Assembly (NCBI RefSeq): GCF_003334815.1
Contig: NZ_QOWO01000044.1
Length of the DNA: 29,333 nt
Reading direction: 5' to 3' (one strand)
From: Escherichia coli
GTDB taxonomy: Bacteria > Pseudomonadota > Gammaproteobacteria > Enterobacterales > Enterobacteriaceae
Part shown: positions 1-8,959 of the stretch, one piece after another
Layout of the letters: every line of letters starts with the position of its first letter
Position numbering within the stretch: the first letter of the stretch is position 1
Notes under the pieces: model-generated
Told to the model about the DNA's origin: nothing
Databases searched by the model: none
The model's input: only the letters and a program-made list of their open reading frames with translations
Translations under genes and position numbers: made by a program

Positions 1-77
1 ACCATTTGATCATATGACAAGATGTGTATCTACCTTAACTTAATGATTTTGATAAAAATCATTAGGGGATTCATCAG
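1..77 (-). mobile_element. IS10 outside-end terminal fragment; element body lies left of the window, terminus at about 77
   Basis: Reverse complement of 1..77 reads CTGATGAATCCCCTAATGATTTTTATCAAAATCATTAAGTTAAGGTAGATACACATCTTGTCATATGATCAAATGGT, which I recognise as the IS10 (Tn10) outside end including the terminal inverted repeat. Recalled from memory, not searched. Confidence 0.8.
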
Positions 78-79
78 CA

Positions 80-1402
80 TTATGTGGTCACTGGGGACAA
101 TCGCCGCGTATTTCTGAACTCGCAGAACAAAATAAAATTATTGCTTATAACTACCCACAAGGTGTACTTACACAAACCATACGCGCCGCCGCAGCCCACC
201 AGCCTGGTATTATTAGTGATATTGGCATCGGGACATTTGTCGATCCACGCCAGCAAGGCGGCAAACTGAATGAAGTCACTAAAGAAGACCTGATTAAACT
301 GGTCGAGTTTGATAACAAAGAATATCTCTATTACAAAGCGATTGCGCCAGATATTGCCTTCATTCGCGCTACCACCTGCGACAGTGAAGGCTACGCCACT
401 TTTGAAGATGAGGTGATGTATCTCGACGCATTGGTTATTGCCCAGGCGGTGCACAATAACGGCGGTATTGTGATGATGCAGGTGCAGAAAATGGTTAAGA
501 AAGCCACGCTGCATCCTAAATCTGTCCGTATTCCGGGTTATCTGGTGGATATTGTGGTGGTCGATCCGGATCAAACCCAACTGTATGGCGGTGCACCGGT
601 TAACCGCTTTATTTCTGGTGACTTCACCCTTGATGACAGTACCAAACTTAGCCTGCCCCTAAACCAACGTAAATTAGTTGCGCGGCGCGCATTATTCGAA
701 ATGCGTAAAGGCGCGGTGGGGAATGTCGGCGTCGGTATTGCTGACGGCATTGGCCTGGTCGCCCGAGAAGAAGGTTGTGCTGATGACTTTATTCTGACGG
801 TAGAAACAGGTCCGATTGGCGGAATTACTTCACAGGGGATCGCCTTTGGCGCGAACGTGAATACCCGTGCCATTCTGGATATGACGTCCCAGTTTGATTT
901 TTATCACGGTGGCGGTCTGGATGTTTGTTATTTGAGTTTTGCTGAAGTCGACCAGCACGGTAACGTCGGCGTGCATAAATTCAATGGTAAAATCATGGGC
1001 ACCGGTGGATTTATTGATATCAGTGCCACTTCGAAGAAAATCATTTTCTGCGGCACATTAACTGCGGGCAGTTTAAAAACAGAAATTACCGACGGCAAAT
1101 TAAATATCGTCCAGGAAGGACGGGTGAAGAAATTTATTCGGGAACTACCGGAAATTACTTTCAGCGGAAAAATCGCTCTCGAGCGAGGGCTGGATGTTCG
1201 TTATATCACTGAGCGCTCAGTATTCACGCTGAAAGAAGACGGCCTGCATTTAATCGAAATCGCCCCTGGCGTCGATTTACAAAAAGATATTCTCGACAAA
1301 ATGGATTTCACCCCAGTGATTTCGCCAGAACTCAAACTGATGGACGAAAGATTATTTATCGATGCGGCGATGGGTTTTGTCCTGCCTGAAGCGGCTCATT
1401 AA
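80..1402 (+). CDS. ydiF: Acetate/acyl-CoA:CoA-transferase YdiF, 5'-truncated; the reading frame is open from the IS10 junction and the native N-terminus is missing
   Basis: Frame 2 translates continuously from 80 (LCGHWGQSPRISELAEQNKIIAYNYPQGV...) into the 413..1402 ORF. An in-frame stop at 41..43 and the IS10 sequence lie upstream, so there is no native start. Family I CoA-transferase-like sequence. Confidence 0.85.
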   Translation, partial: LCGHWGQSPRISELAEQNKIIAYNYPQGVLTQTIRAAAAHQPGIISDIGIGTFVDPRQQGGKLNEVTKEDLIKLVEFDNKEYLYYKAIAPDIAFIRATTCDSEGYATFEDEVMYLDALVIAQAVHNNGGIVMMQVQKMVKKATLHPKSVRIPGYLVDIVVVDPDQTQLYGGAPVNRFISGDFTLDDSTKLSLPLNQRKLVARRALFEMRKGAVGNVGVGIADGIGLVAREEGCADDFILTVETGPIGGITSQGIAFGANVNTRAILDMTSQFDFYHGGGLDVCYLSFAEVDQHGNVGVHKFNGKIMGTGGFIDISATSKKIIFCGTLTAGSLKTEITDGKLNIVQEGRVKKFIRELPEITFSGKIALERGLDVRYITERSVFTLKEDGLHLIEIAPGVDLQKDILDKMDFTPVISPELKLMDERLFIDAAMGFVLPEAAH

Positions 1403-1415
1403 CAGGAGTATAATG

Positions 1416-2567
1416 ATGGATTTTTCTTTAACTGAAGAACAAGAACTGCTGCTGGCCAGTATTCGCGAACTGATTACGACTAACTTTCCGGAAGAGTATT
1501 TCCGCACCTGCGATCAAAACGGGACATATCCGCGTGAGTTTATGCGGGCGCTGGCGGATAACGGTATTTCCATGCTTGGCGTGCCGGAAGAATTTGGTGG
1601 TATCCCTGCGGATTACGTCACCCAAATGCTGGCGCTGATGGAAGTGTCAAAATGCGGTGCTCCGGCATTTTTAATTACCAACGGTCAATGTATTCACAGT
1701 ATGCGCCGTTTCGGTTCTGCAGAGCAGCTACGTAAAACGGCAGAGAGCACCCTGGAAACGGGTGATCCCGCCTATGCCCTGGCGTTGACGGAACCAGGTG
1801 CTGGCTCAGATAACAACAGTGCCACTACCACTTACACGCGTAAAAACGGCAAGGTCTACATCAACGGACAAAAAACCTTTATTACCGGTGCGAAAGAGTA
1901 CCCGTATATGCTGGTGCTGGCGCGCGATCCGCAACCGAAAGATCCCAAAAAAGCCTTCACCCTGTGGTGGGTCGACTCCAGTAAGCCCGGCATTAAGATT
2001 AACCCGCTGCATAAAATCGGCTGGCATATGCTCAGCACCTGCGAAGTCTATCTCGACAACGTGGAGGTTGAAGAGAGCGACATGGTGGGCGAAGAAGGAA
2101 TGGGTTTCCTCAATGTGATGTACAACTTTGAGATGGAGCGCCTGATCAACGCCGCGCGCAGCACCGGCTTTGCCGAATGCGCCTTTGAAGATGCCGCCCG
2201 CTATGCCAACCAACGTATCGCTTTTGGTAAGCCCATTGGTCATAACCAGATGATCCAGGAAAAACTGGCGCTGATGGCGATTAAGATCGACAACATGCGC
2301 AACATGGTGCTGAAAGTGGCATGGCAAGCCGATCAGCATCAGTCACTGCGCACCAGCGCGGCGCTGGCAAAACTGTACTGTGCACGTACCGCAATGGAAG
2401 TCATTGATGATGCGATTCAAATCATGGGCGGTCTGGGCTATACCGATGAGGCGCGCGTCTCCCGCTTCTGGCGTGATGTCCGTTGTGAACGTATCGGCGG
2501 CGGTACAGACGAAATTATGATTTACGTAGCAGGTCGGCAGATCCTGAAAGACTATCAGAACAAATAA
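1416..2567 (+). CDS. ydiO: Acyl-CoA dehydrogenase family protein (383 aa)
   Basis: ORF 1362..2567; start chosen at ATG 1416 (MDFSLTEEQ), 7 nt after AGGAG at 1404..1408. Acyl-CoA dehydrogenase-like C-terminal region (QIMGGLGYT...RDVRCERIGGGTDEIM). Confidence 0.9.
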   Translation: MDFSLTEEQELLLASIRELITTNFPEEYFRTCDQNGTYPREFMRALADNGISMLGVPEEFGGIPADYVTQMLALMEVSKCGAPAFLITNGQCIHSMRRFGSAEQLRKTAESTLETGDPAYALALTEPGAGSDNNSATTTYTRKNGKVYINGQKTFITGAKEYPYMLVLARDPQPKDPKKAFTLWWVDSSKPGIKINPLHKIGWHMLSTCEVYLDNVEVEESDMVGEEGMGFLNVMYNFEMERLINAARSTGFAECAFEDAARYANQRIAFGKPIGHNQMIQEKLALMAIKIDNMRNMVLKVAWQADQHQSLRTSAALAKLYCARTAMEVIDDAIQIMGGLGYTDEARVSRFWRDVRCERIGGGTDEIMIYVAGRQILKDYQNK

Positions 2568-2573
2568 TCTGCA

Positions 2574-2606
2574 GGCGGCGCAGCTTCTTAACAAACTGCG
2601 CCGCCA
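2574..2606. terminator. Hairpin between convergent ydiO and ydiP, probably a bidirectional terminator
   Basis: Inverted repeat GGCGGCGCAG (2574..2583) / CTGCGCCGCC (2597..2606) with a 13-nt loop, lying between two convergent stop codons. Confidence 0.5.
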
Positions 2607-2609
2607 GAT

Positions 2610-3521
2610 TTATCCAACAAGACTTACCGGTTGAGGAAATTCAGATAGGATTTCTTGTTCCGCAAAACAGTTTTTAAATTGTCTACGGTAATCGCTGGGC
2701 GAACAACCGACATGGCGCAAAAACAGTTTGGCAAAGTGATCGACATTTTCATAACCCACACGCCAGGAGATCTCTGCCTGTGATAATTCAGTATTAGTGA
2801 GTGACCATTTTGCTTCCGTCATACGCCGTTGAATAACATAGTTAATAGGGGAAATACGATACTCTTTGGTAAATTCATGGCAAATATAACTGACGCTGGC
2901 ACGAAATTTTTTCGATAACTGTTCTAAAGTGATTTTTTCGCGATAATTATTATTCAGATAGAAAAGAATATCTTTTATCAGAACATCTTTTTTAATATAC
3001 CCCTGCTCCGAACGATAAGCATTTTTAAAATTTTCGTAGTAAAGAATGGCTAACGTATAGGCAAATGCATCCCATAACGAAGATGTTTGGCTATTTTTAC
3101 TTTGCGGCAAAATCACACTTAGCTCATTAAATAAGGTTTTTATGACTTCTTTTCCCTGCCCCGCGGCAATTACCGGACAAGAATGCGGTTGCAGTAGCTG
3201 ATTTTCCTCAGCCCCCTGAAACTGAAAGCCGTACAGCGCACAGGTACACGTCGTTGCCGGATCGTTAACGTCAGAGGCCACCGCATGCAGCCTGCCGCGT
3301 TCTATCACCACAATGTCATCCGCATGTGCGACATATAACGAAGAATCGATGGTAAACCTTGCAACCCCTTTCTTGACGTAAATCAACTCGGTTTCATTGT
3401 CATGAACGTGATGTCCGGACTCCCATTTTGGATCATCGCTAAATGCAAAACGTGAAAGCCGTGGCGTTTTACCGGCGACAAACAGCGTTTCACTGGCGTT
3501 ATCAAAACAGCGTTGATACAT
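2610..3521 (-). CDS. ydiP: AraC/XylS-family transcriptional regulator (303 aa)
   Basis: ORF track; C-terminal AraC-type HTH region (ITLEQLSKKFRASVSYICHEF...SPINYVIQRRMTEAKW...). Confidence 0.9.
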   Translation of the reverse strand: MYQRCFDNASETLFVAGKTPRLSRFAFSDDPKWESGHHVHDNETELIYVKKGVARFTIDSSLYVAHADDIVVIERGRLHAVASDVNDPATTCTCALYGFQFQGAEENQLLQPHSCPVIAAGQGKEVIKTLFNELSVILPQSKNSQTSSLWDAFAYTLAILYYENFKNAYRSEQGYIKKDVLIKDILFYLNNNYREKITLEQLSKKFRASVSYICHEFTKEYRISPINYVIQRRMTEAKWSLTNTELSQAEISWRVGYENVDHFAKLFLRHVGCSPSDYRRQFKNCFAEQEILSEFPQPVSLVG

Positions 3522-3618
3522 GACAACCTCCCTATTCCATGAGCAAGCAAAAACAATATATGCCGGATAAAATACGGCGTGTATTGCGGTTATACAACCG
3601 CGTTTAGCGAGAGCTAAA

Positions 3619-3721
3619 CAAGATTATTTACACTGAATGCAAGATTGTACGGTCATGGAATAACTATATTGCCGCAAATTGCACTTTTGTTTTAGCGATC
3701 GCATTTTTTTTGCAAGATTGT
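3619..3721. promoter_or_regulatory. Divergent ydiP / ydiQRST-fadK promoter region with three copies of a CAAGATT(G/A)T motif
   Basis: CAAGATTAT at 3619..3627, CAAGATTGT at 3640..3648 and 3713..3721; the last two sit inside identical 11-mers TGCAAGATTGT (3638..3648, 3711..3721). Confidence 0.3.
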
Positions 3722-3836
3722 TGGCAAGGAAAACAGCTTGCTCCGTCGAAAACCCCGCACCGCTATCGCACACTATTTTCAGGCCATTTTTACCTTCCAT
3801 CGGAGATGGTTCCGTATGCGACTCACAGGAGAAATC

Positions 3837-4601
3837 ATGAAAATAATAACCTGCTTTAAGCTGGTGCCTGAAGAACAGGACATTGTTGTCACTCCAGAAT
3901 ACACCCTGAATTTCGACAATGCCGACGCCAAAATCAGCCAGTTCGATCTCAATGCCATTGAAGCTGCAAGCCAGCTCGCAACAGATGACGATGAGATAGC
4001 CGCGCTGACCGTTGGCGGCTCATTGTTGCAGAACTCGAAAGTGCGCAAAGACGTGCTATCCCGCGGGCCGCACAGCCTGTATTTGGTGCAGGATGCGCAA
4101 CTTGAACATGCACTGCCTCTCGATACCGCAAAAGCGCTGGCGGCAGCAATTGAAAAGATCGGCTTCGATTTACTGATCTTTGGTGAAGGTTCCGGCGACC
4201 TTTATGCCCAGCAGGTTGGCTTGCTGGTCGGAGAAATTCTGCAACTTCCGGTGATTAATGCAGTGAGTGCTATTCAGCGTCAGGGCAATACACTGGTGAT
4301 TGAACGCACGCTTGAAGATGATGTTGAAGTTATTGAACTCTCTGTTCCAGCCGTGCTCTGCGTCACCTCCGATATTAACGTGCCACGCATTCCTTCGATG
4401 AAAGCCATTCTCGGCGCGGGTAAAAAACCGGTAAATCAGTGGCAGGCAAGTGATATTGACTGGAGCCAGAGCGCGCCACTTGCTGAACTGGTCGGCATTC
4501 GCGTACCGCCGCAAACAGAACGTAAGCACATCATTATCGATAACGATTCGCCGGAGGCCATTGCCGAGCTGGCGGAACATCTGAAGAAAGCCCTGAACTG
4601 A
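3837..4601 (+). CDS. ydiQ: Electron-transfer flavoprotein beta-subunit-like protein (EtfB/FixA family, 254 aa)
   Basis: ORF 3738..4601 trimmed to internal ATG 3837 (MKIITCFKLVPEEQD), preceded by AGGAGA at 3827..3832. EtfB-like sequence. Confidence 0.9.
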   Translation: MKIITCFKLVPEEQDIVVTPEYTLNFDNADAKISQFDLNAIEAASQLATDDDEIAALTVGGSLLQNSKVRKDVLSRGPHSLYLVQDAQLEHALPLDTAKALAAAIEKIGFDLLIFGEGSGDLYAQQVGLLVGEILQLPVINAVSAIQRQGNTLVIERTLEDDVEVIELSVPAVLCVTSDINVPRIPSMKAILGAGKKPVNQWQASDIDWSQSAPLAELVGIRVPPQTERKHIIIDNDSPEAIAELAEHLKKALN

Positions 4602-4620
4602 AGCCTACGGAGAAGAAACG

Positions 4621-5559
4621 ATGAGTCAATTAAACAGCGTCTGGGTCTTTAGCGATAATCCTGAACGTTATGCTGAACTGTTTGGCGGCGCTCAGCAATG
4701 GGGCCAACAGGTGTATGCCATTGTACAAAATACCGACCAGGCGCAGGCAGTTATGCCTTATGGTCCAAAATGTCTTTATGTTCTTGCGCAAAACGACGCG
4801 CTGCAACGCACTGAAAATTACGCCGAAAGCATTGCTGCCCTGCTGAAAGATAAACACCCCGCTATGTTGCTGTTGGCCGCGACGAAACGTGGTAAAGCGC
4901 TGGCAGCACGGTTAAGTGTGCAACTGAATGCGGCGCTGGTGAACGATGCCACGGCGGTGGATATTGTCGATGGTCACATTTGCGCCGAACACCGGATGTA
5001 TGGCGGGTTAGCGTTCGCTCAGGAAAAGATCAACAGACCGCTGGCGATCATTACCCTTGCACCCGGTGTTCAGGAACCGTGCACCAGTGATACCTCTCAT
5101 CAGTGCCCGACAGAAACGGTACCTTATGTTGCTCCGCGTCATGAAATTCTCTGTCGCGAACGCCGTGCGAAAGCCGCAAGCAGCGTGGACCTGAGCAAAG
5201 CAAAACGTGTGGTTGGCGTCGGTCGTGGACTGGCGGCGCAGGATGACCTAAAAATGGTCCACGAACTGGCGGCGGTGCTGAATGCTGAAGTCGGCTGTTC
5301 ACGTCCAATTGCCGAAGGCGAGAACTGGATGGAGCGTGAACGTTATATCGGTGTCTCCGGCGTGTTGCTGAAATCCGATCTCTACCTGACGCTGGGGATC
5401 TCCGGGCAGATCCAGCATATGGTTGGCGGCAACGGCGCAAAAGTGATTGTCGCCATCAATAAAGATAAAAATGCGCCAATCTTCAACTATGCCGACTACG
5501 GTCTGGTGGGCGATATCTACAAAGTCGTCCCTGCCCTGATTAGCCAGTTGAGCCGCTAA
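4621..5559 (+). CDS. ydiR: Electron-transfer flavoprotein alpha-subunit-like protein (EtfA/FixB family, 312 aa)
   Basis: ORF track; EtfA-like FAD-binding C-terminal region (VGVGRGL...YIGVSGVLLKSDLYLTLGISGQIQHMVG). Confidence 0.9.
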   Translation: MSQLNSVWVFSDNPERYAELFGGAQQWGQQVYAIVQNTDQAQAVMPYGPKCLYVLAQNDALQRTENYAESIAALLKDKHPAMLLLAATKRGKALAARLSVQLNAALVNDATAVDIVDGHICAEHRMYGGLAFAQEKINRPLAIITLAPGVQEPCTSDTSHQCPTETVPYVAPRHEILCRERRAKAASSVDLSKAKRVVGVGRGLAAQDDLKMVHELAAVLNAEVGCSRPIAEGENWMERERYIGVSGVLLKSDLYLTLGISGQIQHMVGGNGAKVIVAINKDKNAPIFNYADYGLVGDIYKVVPALISQLSR

Positions 5560-5614
5560 TTCCCCTTTCAACCACATCTCCCGCTGTAAACGCAGCGGGA
5601 AGGGAGCATAACGC

Positions 5615-6904
5615 ATGTCGGATGACAAATTTGATGCCATTGTGGTCGGTGCGGGCGTTGCTGGTAGCGTTGCCGCACTGGTCATGGCACGAGCCGGGCT
5701 GGATGTCCTGGTGATAGAACGCGGCGACAGTGCCGGATGTAAAAACATGACCGGCGGGCGTCTTTATGCCCACACACTTGAAGCAATCATTCCAGGCTTT
5801 GCAGTATCAGCGCCGGTAGAACGCAAGGTCACACGCGAGAAAATCTCCTTCTTAACCGAAGAAAGCGCCGTTACCCTCGATTTTCACCGCGAGCAGCCAG
5901 ATGTTCCGCAACACGCATCTTATACCGTATTGCGTAATCGTCTGGACCCGTGGTTGATGGAACAAGCCGAGCAGGCGGGCGCGCAGTTTATCCCAGGCGT
6001 TCGCGTCGACGCGCTGGTTCGTGAAGGAAACAAGGTCACTGGCGTGCAGGCTGGGGATGATATTCTCGAAGCGAATGTGGTGATTCTGGCTGATGGCGTT
6101 AACTCGATGCTTGGCCGCTCGCTGGGAATGGTTCCCGCTTCCGATCCGCATCATTACGCTGTTGGTGTTAAAGAGGTTATTGGCCTCACACCAGAACAGA
6201 TCAACGATCGCTTTAATATTACGGGCGAGGAAGGTGCCGCCTGGCTGTTTGCCGGTTCCCCTTCTGACGGCCTGATGGGCGGGGGATTTCTCTATACCAA
6301 CAAGGATTCCATATCCTTGGGGCTGGTTTGTGGATTGGGTGATATCGCCCATGCGCAAAAAAGCGTGCCGCAAATGCTGGAAGATTTTAAACAACACCCC
6401 GCCATTCGCCCGCTGATTAGCGGCGGCAAACTGCTTGAATATTCCGCGCATATGGTGCCGGAAGGCGGTCTGGCAATGGTGCCGCAACTGGTTAACGAGG
6501 GCGTGATGATCGTTGGTGACGCCGCAGGCTTCTGCCTGAATTTGGGTTTTACGGTCCGCGGCATGGATTTAGCCATTGCATCGGCTCAGGCTGCCGCCAC
6601 AACGGTGATCGCCGCCAAAGAACGCGCGGATTTCTCCGCCAGCAGTCTGGCGCAATACAAACGTGAGCTGGAACAAAGCTGCGTCATGCGTGATATGCAG
6701 CATTTTCGCAAGATCCCGGCGCTGATGGAAAACCCGCGCCTGTTTAGCCAATACCCACGAATGGTAGCCGACATCATGAACGAGATGTTCACCATCGACG
6801 GCAAACCAAACCAGCCGGTACGAAAAATGATCATGGGACATGCGAAGAAAATTGGGCTGATCAACTTGCTGAAAGATGGCATTAAGGGAGCAACCGCGCT
6901 ATGA
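5615..6904 (+). CDS. ydiS: FAD-dependent oxidoreductase, FixC / Etf-quinone oxidoreductase-like (429 aa)
   Basis: ORF track; N-terminal dinucleotide-binding motif DAIVVGAGVAGSVAA; GGAGG ribosome-binding site upstream. Confidence 0.9.
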   Translation: MSDDKFDAIVVGAGVAGSVAALVMARAGLDVLVIERGDSAGCKNMTGGRLYAHTLEAIIPGFAVSAPVERKVTREKISFLTEESAVTLDFHREQPDVPQHASYTVLRNRLDPWLMEQAEQAGAQFIPGVRVDALVREGNKVTGVQAGDDILEANVVILADGVNSMLGRSLGMVPASDPHHYAVGVKEVIGLTPEQINDRFNITGEEGAAWLFAGSPSDGLMGGGFLYTNKDSISLGLVCGLGDIAHAQKSVPQMLEDFKQHPAIRPLISGGKLLEYSAHMVPEGGLAMVPQLVNEGVMIVGDAAGFCLNLGFTVRGMDLAIASAQAAATTVIAAKERADFSASSLAQYKRELEQSCVMRDMQHFRKIPALMENPRLFSQYPRMVADIMNEMFTIDGKPNQPVRKMIMGHAKKIGLINLLKDGIKGATAL

Positions 6905-7194
6905 GCCAGAACGCTACGGTTAACGTCGACATCAAATTAGGCGTCAATAAATTCCATGTTGATGAGGGCCACCCGCATATCATTCTGGCGGAAAATCCCG
7001 ATATCAATGAATTCCATAAATTAATGAAAGCCTGCCCTGCCGGACTTTATAAGCAGGATGACGCAGGAAACATTCATTTTGATTCCGCCGGTTGTCTGGA
7101 GTGCGGCACCTGTCGGGTGCTGTGCGGTAACACTATTCTCGAACAGTGGCAATATCCCGCAGGCACCTTCGGTATTGATTTTCGCTACGGCTAA
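6901..7194 (+). CDS. ydiT: Ferredoxin-like protein, FixX family (97 aa)
   Basis: ORF track; cysteine motifs CPAGLY...CLECGTCRVLC; start overlaps the ydiS stop (ATGA), suggesting translational coupling. Confidence 0.9.
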   Translation: MSQNATVNVDIKLGVNKFHVDEGHPHIILAENPDINEFHKLMKACPAGLYKQDDAGNIHFDSAGCLECGTCRVLCGNTILEQWQYPAGTFGIDFRYG

Positions 7195-7250
7195 TCATGC
7201 ATCCCACAGGCCCGCATCTCGGGCCTGATGTTCTGTTTCGAGAGTCCAAC

Positions 7251-8897
7251 ATGAAAGTGACATTAACGTTTAACGAACAACGTCGTGCGGCGTATCGTCA
7301 GCAAGGGTTATGGGGCGATGCTTCGCTGGCCGATTACTGGCAGCAGACCGCTCGTGCGATGCCAGACAAAATTGCCGTGGTCGATAATCATGGTGCATCG
7401 TACACCTATAGCGCGCTCGATCACGCCGCGAGCTGTCTGGCAAACTGGATGTTAGCGAAGGGTATTGAATCAGGCGATCGCATCGCATTTCAACTGCCTG
7501 GCTGGTGTGAATTTACCGTTATCTATCTTGCCTGCCTGAAAATCGGTGCAGTTTCCGTGCCGCTGTTGCCTTCCTGGCGGGAAGCAGAACTGGTGTGGGT
7601 GCTCAATAAGTGTCAGGCAAAAATGTTCTTTGCACCGACGTTGTTTAAACAAACGCGTCCGGTAGATTTAATCCTGCCGCTGCAAAATCAGCTTCCACAA
7701 CTACAACAAATTGTCGGCGTGGACAAACTGGCTCCCGCCACCTCTTCCCTCTCATTAAGTCAGATTATCGCCGACAATACCTCACTGACCACGGCGATAA
7801 CGACCCACGGCGATGAATTAGCTGCGGTGCTGTTTACCTCCGGAACCGAGGGTCTGCCAAAGGGCGTGATGCTAACGCATAACAATATTCTCGCCAGTGA
7901 GCGGGCTTATTGCGCGCGACTGAATCTGACCTGGCAGGATGTCTTTATGATGCCTGCGCCACTTGGTCACGCAACGGGCTTTCTGCATGGCGTAACGGCA
8001 CCATTCTTAATTGGCGCTCGCAGCGTGTTGTTAGATATTTTCACTCCTGATGCGTGTCTCGCGCTGCTTGAGCAGCAGCGTTGCACCTGTATGCTCGGCG
8101 CAACGCCGTTTGTCTATGATCTTTTGAATGTACTAGAGAAACAACCCGCGGACCTTTCAGCGCTGCGTTTCTTTCTTTGCGGCGGAACCACAATCCCCAA
8201 AAAAGTGGCGCGTGAATGCCAGCAGCGCGGCATTAAATTATTAAGTGTTTATGGTTCCACAGAAAGTTCGCCGCATGCGGTGGTGAATCTCGATGATCCT
8301 TTGTCGCGCTTTATGCACACCGATGGTTACGCTGCCGCAGGTGTAGAGATTAAAGTGGTCGATGACGCACGCAAGACCTTACCGCCAGGTTGCGAAGGTG
8401 AAGAAGCCTCGCGTGGCCCCAATGTGTTTATGGGGTATTTTGATGAACCTGAATTAACCGCCCGTGCCCTGGATGAAGAAGGCTGGTATTACAGCGGCGA
8501 TCTCTGCCGTATGGATGAGGCTGGCTATATAAAAATTACCGGACGCAAAAAAGATATTATTGTCCGCGGCGGCGAAAATATTAGCAGCCGTGAAGTGGAA
8601 GATATTTTATTGCAGCATCCTAAAATTCACGATGCCTGTGTGGTTGCAATGTCCGATGAACGTTTAGGTGAACGATCATGCGCTTATGTCGTGCTGAAAG
8701 CGCCGCATCATTCATTATCGCTGGAAGAGGTAGTGGCTTTTTTTAGCCGTAAACGGGTCGCAAAATATAAATATCCTGAACATATCGTGGTAATCGAAAA
8801 ACTACCGCGAACTACCTCAGGTAAAATACAAAAGTTTTTGTTAAGAAAAGATATTATGCGGCGTTTAACGCAGGATGTCTGTGAAGAGATTGAATAA
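7251..8897 (+). CDS. fadK: Short-chain acyl-CoA synthetase FadK (ydiD), 548 aa from ATG 7251; an alternative upstream ATG at 7197 would give 566 aa
   Basis: ORF 7197..8897; AMP-binding motif FTSGTEGLPKGV and YGSTE. The 7251 start matches the 548-aa length I recall for E. coli FadK. Confidence 0.88.
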   Translation: MKVTLTFNEQRRAAYRQQGLWGDASLADYWQQTARAMPDKIAVVDNHGASYTYSALDHAASCLANWMLAKGIESGDRIAFQLPGWCEFTVIYLACLKIGAVSVPLLPSWREAELVWVLNKCQAKMFFAPTLFKQTRPVDLILPLQNQLPQLQQIVGVDKLAPATSSLSLSQIIADNTSLTTAITTHGDELAAVLFTSGTEGLPKGVMLTHNNILASERAYCARLNLTWQDVFMMPAPLGHATGFLHGVTAPFLIGARSVLLDIFTPDACLALLEQQRCTCMLGATPFVYDLLNVLEKQPADLSALRFFLCGGTTIPKKVARECQQRGIKLLSVYGSTESSPHAVVNLDDPLSRFMHTDGYAAAGVEIKVVDDARKTLPPGCEGEEASRGPNVFMGYFDEPELTARALDEEGWYYSGDLCRMDEAGYIKITGRKKDIIVRGGENISSREVEDILLQHPKIHDACVVAMSDERLGERSCAYVVLKAPHHSLSLEEVVAFFSRKRVAKYKYPEHIVVIEKLPRTTSGKIQKFLLRKDIMRRLTQDVCEEIE

Positions 8898-8921
8898 GTT
8901 TCATCTTCGGGGATCACATAA

Positions 8922-8959
8922 CCCCGGCGACTAAACGCCGCCGGGGATTTATTTTATTT
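8922..8959. terminator. Hairpin plus T-run between convergent fadK and ppsA
   Basis: CCCCGGCG (8922..8929) / CGCCGGGG (8939..8946) followed by ATTTATTTTATTT; it overlaps the ppsA stop region. Confidence 0.5.

Noticed and set aside
78-86. Attempt to define 9-bp IS10 target-site duplications at the junctions (CATTATGTG at left, GCCAAAGCC at right)
   Set aside because: Each junction shows only one side of a different IS10 copy, so a duplication cannot be confirmed within this window, and neither 9-mer clearly matches the Tn10 hotspot consensus NGCTNAGCN.
80-580. 166-aa minus-strand ORF overlapping the start of the window
   Set aside because: It lies antisense inside the conserved ydiF reading frame and spans the IS10 junction; I see no conserved features in it, so it is most likely a chance ORF.
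1806-2339. 177-aa minus-strand ORF antisense within ydiO
   Set aside because: It is fully embedded in a conserved acyl-CoA dehydrogenase gene and has an unusual His/Gly-rich composition typical of antisense frames of GC-rich genes.
3586-3601. Short palindrome GCGGTT-ATAC-AACCGC upstream of ydiP
   Set aside because: It is only a 6-bp stem and could occur by chance, so there is not enough evidence to call a binding site or terminator.
3738-3836. N-terminal extensions suggested by the ORF track for ydiQ, and likewise for aroH (12532), ydiE (13806), pheS (23174), rpmI (24234) and ydiO (1362)
   Set aside because: The internal ATGs give the known protein lengths and have better Shine-Dalgarno spacing; the upstream extensions run through promoter, operator or terminator sequence.
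5299-5748. 149-aa and 129-aa minus-strand ORFs (5299..5748, 5051..5440)
   Set aside because: They are antisense to ydiR and ydiS, and Pro/Arg/Ala-rich as expected for the opposite strand of highly expressed coding sequence.
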